A stretch of 39,261 nucleotides of DNA from positions 1 to 39,261 of IMG/VR virus record IMGVR_UViG_3300022670_000245, one strand, 5' to 3'. The notes beneath the pieces are model-generated. The model saw nothing but the letters and a program-made list of their open reading frames with translations. It was not told the origin of the DNA and made no database searches. Below, in pieces: positions 33,609 to 39,261 of this stretch (position 1 is its first letter; each line of letters begins with the position of its first letter). The position numbers and the translations under genes are program-made. The stretch is from a virus.

Positions 33609-34022
33609 TTATACAGTTAGTTCGTTAATATTTATTGCCAAGCCTTTTTCTATTAGGCCGAATACGTCGAAATGTCTTTTAATCAACTCTATTATGCAAT
33701 CATATTGTAAAATCTGTATTATATCTTTTCCGCTTTCATTGTATAAGGCCCATTCCCTGTCTGAAAATTCATCAAGACCTAGATAATAATTTCCATTAAT
33801 CTCAATATCTATAGTAAGGTCTAATAATGGTCTTAGGATTGGTTTAATGTTTAAGTGGGCATATTTCCAACTTATTTTTTTATAATCTCCTATGCCTGAT
33901 GGTCTAATTACAGCTATGTTTTTTGTGCTCATCCAAGCTATATTAGTTTTTTTACCTTCCATTATAACTTTTAATGAATATGGCAAATAAGGCGCAAGAT
34001 GTTTTAGTTCTAGTTTTTCCAT
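33609..34022 (-). CDS. Hypothetical protein (137 aa), first gene of the leftward cassette
   Basis: ATG 34022 used (track start 34028 is TTG). ...NIKPILRPLLDLT...HFDVFGLIEKGLAININEL recalls a Bacteroidota phage/prophage family of unknown function. Confidence 0.6.
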   Translation of the reverse strand: MEKLELKHLAPYLPYSLKVIMEGKKTNIAWMSTKNIAVIRPSGIGDYKKISWKYAHLNIKPILRPLLDLTIDIEINGNYYLGLDEFSDREWALYNESGKDIIQILQYDCIIELIKRHFDVFGLIEKGLAININELTV

Positions 34023-34025
34023 ACA

Positions 34026-34056
34026 CAAATATACTACATATAAACCACATATACAA
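34026..34056 (-). promoter_or_regulatory. Candidate leftward promoter TTG-N20-TATATTTG, ending 3 nt before ATG 34022
   Basis: The minus strand reads TTG(34056-34054)...TATATTTG(34033-34026) tgt ATG. This matches the Bacteroidota -33/-7 (TAnnTTTG) consensus. Confidence 0.4.
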
Positions 34057-34064
34057 CATGTATA
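34050..34064. promoter_or_regulatory. 15-bp inverted repeat TATACA-aca-TGTATA between the divergent promoters (candidate operator)
   Basis: Read directly. It overlaps the -33 TTG of the candidate leftward promoter. A palindrome this short could also occur by chance. Confidence 0.25.
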
Positions 34065-34097
34065 CTCTATTTATAACCGTTCTAAATAAAAATAAAT

Positions 34098-34127
34098 TTT
34101 GTGGTTCGGTAAAATTGACTACCTTTG
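34098..34127 (+). promoter_or_regulatory. Candidate rightward Bacteroidota-type promoter TTTG-N18-TACCTTTG
   Basis: TTTG at 34098-34101 and TAnnTTTG at 34120-34127, both read directly. Confidence 0.5.
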
Positions 34128-34133
34128 TTATAA

Positions 34134-34579
34134 CGTTGTGTACGAACGAACGAAATATCTGGGATTGAACAACTCATGAACAAAAAGCCTCTATCGGACG
34201 TACACTCCTTTAGGGGTTTTCTGTTTTTAAGCCCCTATGCAAGTAGTGGGTTTTCTATCGGTTAGACACTTCTCCAAGACATAAGAACAAAAAAATCAAA
34301 CAAAAAGATTATAAGGGCAATGTGTGAAGTCTGTATTAGCACACCTTACAATAGGTAAATAAACCGTGTACAAAATCCAGGCAATGACCCGCAAGCCGTC
34401 AACCTGGTCAGATGCAAACCCAAGGGAAATTATAAATACACGGGCGTTTTAAATAGCACGTAGGATGTTTTAAGCCAGACCCTTTAATTAGTGGTCTAAT
34501 TGTATTAAAGTTCCTCCTAGGGCTTTTGCACAGTATAGGGCTTGCCAACTCTAAATATAAACTATAAAAAATTTAAACT
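34134..34579 (+). other. About 445 nt without a credible ORF between the candidate rightward promoter and the first rightward gene: long 5' leader or ncRNA
   Basis: No ORF of 60 codons or more. The ATG-initiated + strand ORFs I found are about 22 codons or shorter. Locally GC-richer segments contain hairpins (e.g. TAGGGG 34211-34216 / CCCCTA 34232-34237; TGACC 34385-34389 / GGTCA 34406-34410). Confidence 0.4.
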
Positions 34580-34783
34580 ATGGATTACAAAAAAGGAGAT
34601 AGCTTAATTGTTTTAACAAACAAACAAGGACACACATTTAAAACAGGTGATAATATTATTATTACTAAATGTGTTGAAGGATTAGAAGGTGGTGATTTTT
34701 ATATGGCCAAAGGCACTCTTTGGGATGAATCCGACTACGACCAACCTATTATGGGGGTAGAAACTTTTGATTGTGCAAGATAA
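34580..34783 (+). CDS. Hypothetical small protein (67 aa)
   Basis: Track ORF, first gene of the rightward block. Confidence 0.55.
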   Translation: MDYKKGDSLIVLTNKQGHTFKTGDNIIITKCVEGLEGGDFYMAKGTLWDESDYDQPIMGVETFDCAR

Positions 34784-34820
34784 TATATTCAAAAAACAAA
34801 GTTTAACACAAACAACTAAT

Positions 34821-35255
34821 ATGGAAGATAATAGCAATGTAATTTATACTGTGTTACACGCTGCTTTTTGCGGTACTGGTAAAAGCTACCTCTGCAATAA
34901 TTTTGCGACTGATTACATGGAGTTAGAATGTTGGGAATACAGACAAGGTGACTTCCCTGATAACTACGTAAAAGACGTGATTAGTGCGATGGGAAAAACT
35001 AAATATTTATTCATTTCTACAGACCCAGTAATTTTGAAAGAACTGAATAAACACGGTGTTGAAATAAGATTATACTACCCTCAAAATGAATTAAGAAATG
35101 AATACCTTGATAGATTTATATTGAGGGTTAGCCCACAAGATTTTGTCGGTGCTATAATGATAAACTGGCATACATGGATAAATGAACTTAAAGAGCAAAA
35201 TTATTGCAAGCATACTGTTTTACAGACGGGTAAATATTTGCAGGATGTTCTTTAA
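34821..35255 (+). CDS. Small P-loop NTPase/kinase-like protein (144 aa)
   Basis: N-terminal Walker A AFCGTGKS ([AG]x4GK[ST]). ATG 34821 used (track start 34767 is TTG). Confidence 0.55.
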   Translation: MEDNSNVIYTVLHAAFCGTGKSYLCNNFATDYMELECWEYRQGDFPDNYVKDVISAMGKTKYLFISTDPVILKELNKHGVEIRLYYPQNELRNEYLDRFILRVSPQDFVGAIMINWHTWINELKEQNYCKHTVLQTGKYLQDVL

Positions 35256-35308
35256 GTTGCGCATAACGGACGTGGGCAAGAGTAGTTTTAACTAAACACA
35301 AATATATT

Positions 35309-35485
35309 ATGACAATAGCAGATTTATTAAAGGTAGAGATTGAAAAAACACAGAAAGAACTTGATAGGTTAAAATTACTTTTACCTAATGTTGTTCTTAG
35401 TGCGGTTAGGAAATGTCCTAATTGTAAAACTAAAAACTACCATTACAATGTAAAAAATAATAGTTGGACGTGTGCTTTTTGTTAG
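35309..35485 (+). CDS. Possible zinc-ribbon protein (58 aa)
   Basis: Hand translation: MTIADLLKVEIEKTQKELDRLKLLLPNVVLSAVRKCPNCKTKNYHYNVKNNSWTCAFC (CxxC...CxxC). Confidence 0.4.
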   Translation: MTIADLLKVEIEKTQKELDRLKLLLPNVVLSAVRKCPNCKTKNYHYNVKNNSWTCAFC

Positions 35486-35647
35486 CATTACCTACAACAC
35501 CAAAAGAAGTTTTCGTTTCAAAGAAACTTATTAACTGTTATAGAACGTAATTATTTAGAACCATTATAAACAACCAATCAAATTAGTTTAATTAAATTAA
35601 ATGTAATATATTTACAAAAACAAACACTAACAAATAGAGATAAAGAC

Positions 35648-35941
35648 ATGATTTATATACACGGCGCTCAGAAGAATAGCACAATAAATACAGGAAAAGC
35701 TAGAAGGTTTTTTATTCAATTAAGAGATAAACGTGAATTAAAAGACCGTTTTTTTATTTGGGTTCCTAATTGTGCTTTTATATCCTTCAAAAATGGAGGG
35801 GTATATATAAAAGATTGGTTTTTTACTAAATCAATAGAATTAAATAATAAGATAAATTTATATAAGAATACTTCTTCTCCTGTTTTATTTGGAAAAGGAA
35901 AAAACGAAATTGAGGCTTATAATAATTCAATTGACCTGTAA
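35648..35941 (+). CDS. Hypothetical protein (97 aa)
   Basis: Track ORF after a 160-nt AT-rich gap. Confidence 0.55.
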   Translation: MIYIHGAQKNSTINTGKARRFFIQLRDKRELKDRFFIWVPNCAFISFKNGGVYIKDWFFTKSIELNNKINLYKNTSSPVLFGKGKNEIEAYNNSIDL

Positions 35942-35955
35942 TTAAAACAAACAGA

Positions 35956-35986
35956 ATGGAATTCAAAGGAACAAAAGGAGAGTGGA
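35956..35986 (+). repeat. 31-nt segment identical to 36623-36653 (5' ends of the paralogs)
   Basis: atggaattcaaaggaacaaaaggagagtgga read at both sites. Confidence 0.95.
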
Positions 35987-36309
35987 AGATTAGACAGAAC
36001 ATCCCTTATGACACGGGAGGATGGGTGGTTTATTCTGGTAGAGGAAAAGAAAACACAACAATAGTTAGGTTGACTTATGGTAACATAATTCCACAACCAA
36101 AAGATGAGGGGTACCTTAAAAACTTAGCCAACGCCAAACTAATAGCCGCAGCAAAAGAGCTTTTAAAGGCTTGCATTAAAAGAGCCAAATGGAATAAAAA
36201 ATATCCTTCAAGTAGAATATTCTCCGGCTCTGCTATGAGGCAAATGATTGACGAATCAGATGATATTGATAAGCAAATCGAAGAAGCAATCAAAAAAGCA
36301 TTGGAATAA
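35956..36309 (+). CDS. MEFKGTKGEW...AIKKALE family protein, paralog A (117 aa)
   Basis: Shares its N- and C-termini and the central ANAKLIAAAKELLKA motif with 36623-36901. Confidence 0.65.
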   Translation: MEFKGTKGEWKIRQNIPYDTGGWVVYSGRGKENTTIVRLTYGNIIPQPKDEGYLKNLANAKLIAAAKELLKACIKRAKWNKKYPSSRIFSGSAMRQMIDESDDIDKQIEEAIKKALE

Positions 36310-36311
36310 TG
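36286..36311 (+). repeat. 26-nt segment identical to 36878-36903 (3' ends of the paralogs, including stop and next ATG)
   Basis: gcaatcaaaaaagcattggaataatg read at both sites. Confidence 0.95.
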
Positions 36312-36623
36312 GAAGAACAGAATTTACTTGACAGCATACCCGAAATAAAAATAGAAATGGATTGGGACGGCGTAGACGGGCTTTATAAAGAGGACAGGGA
36401 CGAGATAATGGGCGAATGGTGTTATTCCTTTAAAATATACGCCACGTCCAAAAGAAGGCTTACTCCGGCCACACATTCGTTTCATGAAGAATCTGATTTA
36501 ATTATGCAAGATGTATTCATTGAAGATTTAAAGATACTATACGACAACCAGCAATATGTTGGGGATGAATTCTCGGACAAAGTGGCTTTGGAAATTGAAC
36601 ATAACATAACAATAACAAACTAA
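36309..36623 (+). CDS. Strongly acidic hypothetical protein (104 aa)
   Basis: Track ORF with TAATG overlaps at both ends. D/E-rich (MEEQNLLDSIPEIKIEMDWDGVDGLYKEDRDEIMGEW...). Confidence 0.6.
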   Translation: MEEQNLLDSIPEIKIEMDWDGVDGLYKEDRDEIMGEWCYSFKIYATSKRRLTPATHSFHEESDLIMQDVFIEDLKILYDNQQYVGDEFSDKVALEIEHNITITN

Positions 36624-36901
36624 TGGAATTCAAAGGAACAAAAGGAGAGTGGACTTCAAAACATAGGCAAGGTGCCGGATTTGAAGTTCTCAATGAAAAT
36701 AACAATATAGTGTGCGCAATGGGATGGTATCAATTACCTAGCGACATAATGAACTTAGGAATAGAAGAGGCTAATTCTAAACTAGCAGCAGCAGCACCGG
36801 ATATGTTGAAAGCCTTAATTCACGCAAAGGAAATGTTAATGAATCAAGTGGATATGCGTTCGGAAATAATAGAAAACGCAATCAAAAAAGCATTGGAATA
36901 A
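36623..36901 (+). CDS. MEFKGTKGEW...AIKKALE family protein, paralog B (92 aa)
   Basis: See paralog A. Central motif ANSKLAAAAPDMLKAL. Confidence 0.65.
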   Translation: MEFKGTKGEWTSKHRQGAGFEVLNENNNIVCAMGWYQLPSDIMNLGIEEANSKLAAAAPDMLKALIHAKEMLMNQVDMRSEIIENAIKKALE

Positions 36902-37020
36902 TGAACGACATAGACAACAAACTGGAAATTTTATTTACACAGACCATTCCCGAAATGTACGGGCTGGATTACGGCAATGAATTCTTAAAACAATTGGAAG
37001 ATGATAACGAAGCAACTTAG
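36901..37020 (+). CDS. Possible micro-ORF (39 aa, acidic)
   Basis: TAATG overlap. MNDIDNKLEILFTQTIPEMYGLDYGNEFLKQLEDDNEAT. Confidence 0.3.
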   Translation: MNDIDNKLEILFTQTIPEMYGLDYGNEFLKQLEDDNEAT

Positions 37021-37131
37021 CACCGGACTTATAACAACAATTTATAGGGACACTATCAAAGTCCACAGAAGTTTTACCGAGTGGCTAAACTATGCCGTAC
37101 TTGTAAACTTCTTGGAGAAACACAAAAACTA

Positions 37132-37425
37132 ATGAACCAAAAAAAATATGACGAACTACGAAACAGAATGATAGAAATATCATTAAGGGTTCCAAGGGGC
37201 GCACACAATAGGGTGGCCGATGAATGCAATATCGTTATTCAGTGGTCTATACAGATAAGGAAAAATAAGGACAAAAACACTACGGCCACCGATAAGAATG
37301 TTGAGCTTATGATAAAAATGCATCATTATTATTCTGAAGAACTTAAGACCCACTTAAAGGACATCAGTAATTTAAACGTGTCATTTGTAGAAATAATCAT
37401 AAAAAAAATAGAACCAATAATCTAA
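37132..37425 (+). CDS. Hypothetical protein (97 aa from ATG 37132; a GTG at 37081 would add 17 aa including CRTC)
   Basis: Track ORF, start ambiguous. Confidence 0.5.
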   Translation: MNQKKYDELRNRMIEISLRVPRGAHNRVADECNIVIQWSIQIRKNKDKNTTATDKNVELMIKMHHYYSEELKTHLKDISNLNVSFVEIIIKKIEPII

Positions 37426-37435
37426 ACGTAGAACT

Positions 37436-37693
37436 ATGAGCTTTAAAATAGGACAGAAGGTGGTTTATATAGGGGGATGTTCAGAGCCTATGATGAGGTG
37501 TCCACAAATAGACAGCGAAATAATTGAAATATTTAAAGTTGATGAAGATAGTGGACGCCACTTTATTTTATGCGGATACGAAAAAGCATCAGACGGTCTG
37601 CCCCAATCATTTTGGCAAGGACACCTAAGAGCATTAGACTACAATTTCGTAGAGGAAATCATAAAACAAGTACAACCAAAAGAAACAGCATGA
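37436..37693 (+). CDS. Hypothetical small protein (85 aa)
   Basis: Track ORF. Confidence 0.55.
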   Translation: MSFKIGQKVVYIGGCSEPMMRCPQIDSEIIEIFKVDEDSGRHFILCGYEKASDGLPQSFWQGHLRALDYNFVEEIIKQVQPKETA

Positions 37694-38208
37694 AAAAATC
37701 AAGAAAGGAATTTATCAAAAGAGCGCACGAAGCCGCTTGTAGTGAATGGAAAACAGAAATAGAAAAGCAGTGGCCAAAACTATTTAAAACAGGATTAGAG
37801 GTTGGTAAGTGGTATAAGCACATAGGAGGTTCTTTAGTAAACTATCAAGGTGGTAGAAAAGGGTATGGATTTACAGGTACTTATGTAAAATATTTTTTTA
37901 ATGAAGGTTGGAGTTTTTCAACAGATTCACAAAATTGGAAACCGGCCACAGACAAAGAAGTAGAAGAGGCTTTAATAAAAGAAGCTAAAAAAACAGGGTT
38001 TAAGAGAGGAGACTTAATAGATAATAAAAACATTGGATTTGACGGAACAGGGTTTATTGAAAAATTAACTGATTGCGAATATAAGTGGGATGGAACATAT
38101 CTAAACGTTTACGGAATGGCTATTTTTTCACAAGGTAAATGGGCCACTATAATAGAAACAATAACCAAAGAAGAAGCTGAAAAACAATTAGGAAAAAAGA
38201 TATGTTAA
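37690..38208 (+). CDS. Hypothetical protein (172 aa)
   Basis: ATG 37690 gives an ATGA overlap with the upstream stop (track start 37570 overlaps the upstream gene). Confidence 0.6.
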   Translation: MKKSRKEFIKRAHEAACSEWKTEIEKQWPKLFKTGLEVGKWYKHIGGSLVNYQGGRKGYGFTGTYVKYFFNEGWSFSTDSQNWKPATDKEVEEALIKEAKKTGFKRGDLIDNKNIGFDGTGFIEKLTDCEYKWDGTYLNVYGMAIFSQGKWATIIETITKEEAEKQLGKKIC

Positions 38209-38339
38209 AAGTAAAAACAGGCGTTATGCCAAAGAGAAGGATAAACTTCGCCCGTTGGATGCAGAAACATAAAGTATCAACAGAAGTTGTAAGTGTTAAT
38301 TTTGGAATTATGAGGGGAATCGAATCAATGCACAGATAA
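38202..38339 (+). CDS. Possible micro-ORF (45 aa, basic)
   Basis: MLKVKTGVMPKRRINFARWMQKHKVSTEVVSVNFGIMRGIESMHR. Overlaps neighbours at both ends. Confidence 0.3.
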   Translation: MLKVKTGVMPKRRINFARWMQKHKVSTEVVSVNFGIMRGIESMHR

Positions 38340-38422
38340 TGGAAATAATACTCTTGATAGTGTACTTAATATTTTTAGTCCTAGGCAAGATATATATAAA
38401 CTCAATAAAGAATAAACAATGA
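38339..38422 (+). CDS. Possible hydrophobic micro-ORF (27 aa)
   Basis: MEIILLIVYLIFLVLGKIYINSIKNKQ. TAATG overlap upstream, ATGA overlap downstream. Confidence 0.25.
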   Translation: MEIILLIVYLIFLVLGKIYINSIKNKQ

Positions 38423-38799
38423 TAAGCAAAGTAAAAAACGTACAGGGCAGTGGAACATGGGAAAGTCAACACGGGCTATTTTATAAATTCGATTACACTT
38501 TTGAGGACGGCGTAACTATGCAAGCCCTTCACAAATCTGACAAGCCTTTTAATATTGGGGAGACTGTAGAATACGAAGTGAAAAGGGAAAACGAACACGG
38601 CAAATCCGGCAAAGTCGGAAAACCCCAGGAACAACAATCGTTCACCCAGACCCAAAATAAAGGAAGCAAAGGGAACAATGGGAGTTTTGCACTTAGTTAC
38701 GCCAAGGACTTATTTATGGGGGACGAAATAGACGACCATAAAGTAACCGAAATACTAGCGGTTGCCGAAACGTTCAATGATTGGCTCAACTCTCACTAA
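38419..38799 (+). CDS. Hypothetical protein (126 aa; beta-rich N-domain, Q/K/G-rich linker, helical C-terminus)
   Basis: Track ORF. An OB-fold/ssDNA-binding role is only a guess. Confidence 0.6.
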   Translation: MISKVKNVQGSGTWESQHGLFYKFDYTFEDGVTMQALHKSDKPFNIGETVEYEVKRENEHGKSGKVGKPQEQQSFTQTQNKGSKGNNGSFALSYAKDLFMGDEIDDHKVTEILAVAETFNDWLNSH

Positions 38800-39050
38800 T
38801 GGGAGCTGTTAAAGAATGGTTCATAACCATGCGGGACGAGGAATATAAAGAAATTCCTTTCGAAATGCGGCAACGGTTCAAGAGCGAAAAAGTAATCTAT
38901 CCCGATGAACACCAAAAACTATGGGACAATGACGAAGAATACCGTAAGGTTTATTCAAACTATTCAAAAGCAAAAAAGCAATTAGATGAATACAAGTTCA
39001 GAAAAAGATATCCAGACGGGTCTTGGAAAGACACTAAGTATGGAATTTAA
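38799..39050 (+). CDS. Hypothetical protein (83 aa)
   Basis: ATG 38799 gives a TAATG overlap (track start 38781 overlaps the upstream gene). Confidence 0.55.
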   Translation: MGAVKEWFITMRDEEYKEIPFEMRQRFKSEKVIYPDEHQKLWDNDEEYRKVYSNYSKAKKQLDEYKFRKRYPDGSWKDTKYGI

Positions 39051-39062
39051 ACCTTATTTTTT

Positions 39063-39261
39063 ATGAAACCATTTACCGAAATACTAGAAACAATATCATC
39101 CATAGTTGAAACATACGACGGAGGCGCATATAGAGGGCTAAGTGAAATGCACAGGACTTTGACATGTAACATGCACTATCTATCCAGAGAGCAAGTAAAC
39201 TACCATACAAAATGGAACCAAGAATATTATAACTCTACAGAACCGTCAAACGCAGCAAAGG
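39063..39261 (+). CDS. 5' part of the junction-spanning ORF (continues at 145 of the left end; same gene as 1-251)
   Basis: ATG 39063, open to the window end. MKPFTEILETISSIVETYDGGAYRGLSEMHRTL... Confidence 0.6.
   Translation, partial: MKPFTEILETISSIVETYDGGAYRGLSEMHRTLTCNMHYLSREQVNYHTKWNQEYYNSTEPSNAAK
39118..39261. repeat. Right copy of the 144-bp exact direct repeat (identical to 1-144)
   Basis: Same comparison as above. The repeat lies inside an ORF, which fits an assembly overlap of a circular or permuted genome. Confidence 0.97.

Noticed and set aside
33974-34168. A 64-aa + strand ORF in the control region
   Set aside because: It overlaps the 5' end of the leftward gene and both candidate promoters. 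It is an AT-rich, low-complexity translation (NMYTLFITVLNKNKF...) and probably non-coding.
34138-34443. Two perfect 7-bp long-range pairings (GTGTACG 34138-34144 with CGTACAC 34199-34205; CCGTGTA 34364-34370 with TACACGG 34437-34443) as evidence of a folded RNA
   Set aside because: My rough expectation is that a few such 7-mers arise by chance in about 450 nt. They are noted only as starting points for covariation analysis and are not evidence on their own.
1-39261. Pervasive ATGA/TAATG/GTGA stop-start overlaps (about 35 junctions) as something unusual
   Set aside because: This is typical translational coupling and genome compaction in tailed phages. It helps in choosing starts but is not novel.
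1-39261. Search for integrase, transposase, IS ends, CRISPR arrays, rRNA/tRNA, reverse transcriptase/DGR
   Set aside because: I found no catalytic motifs (e.g. R..H..R..Y tyrosine recombinase, DDE, YxDD), no repeat-spacer arrays and no template/variable repeat pairs by eye. Absence should be confirmed with profile searches.

Overview
The window is one complete tailed dsDNA phage genome (39,117-bp unit) plus a 144-bp exact overlap (1-144 = 39118-39261), so it is a circular or circularly permuted assembly. It is AT-rich and very gene-dense. I count about 85 ORFs, most joined by ATGA, TAATG or GTGA start-stop overlaps. Everything is on the + strand except a 2.6-kb leftward cassette (31424-34022) and one tiny ORF (19500-19646). 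Several signals point to a Bacteroidota (probably Flavobacteriia) host: a TTTG-N18-TAnnTTTG promoter-like site, signal peptides ending small-x-G followed by Gln, a PL1 pectate-lyase-like enzyme with a thrombospondin-type-3-like Ca repeat, and a DUF5675-like protein. Going round the circle from the divergent control region (34023-34579), the modules are as follows. (1) A rightward block of about 50 small, mostly unknown genes (34580 across the junction to 6758). It includes a P-loop protein, paralogous MEFKGTKGEW proteins, a NinG-like HNH nuclease, a beta-class DNA methyltransferase, a DnaA-domain-IV-like protein and an RpoA-alphaCTD-like protein. (2) terS and terL (6800-8723). (3) Tail, fibre and baseplate-like genes, a retropepsin-like aspartic protease and the tape measure protein (8868-19040). 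(4) A Zn-finger plus HTH pair (19037-19503). (5) ClpP-like prohead protease/scaffold, major capsid protein and a portal-like protein with a His-rich insert (19749-24226). (6) More virion-like genes, then three signal-peptide proteins including the pectate-lyase-like enzyme (24228-29762). (7) A lysis cassette of four membrane proteins plus the DUF5675-like protein (29764-31404). (8) The leftward cassette of ten small genes (RHH, Cys-rich and membrane proteins). I could not recognise any tRNA, rRNA, CRISPR array, integrase, transposase, DNA polymerase, helicase, primase or canonical endolysin. All family assignments come from motif recognition by eye and need profile searches to confirm.
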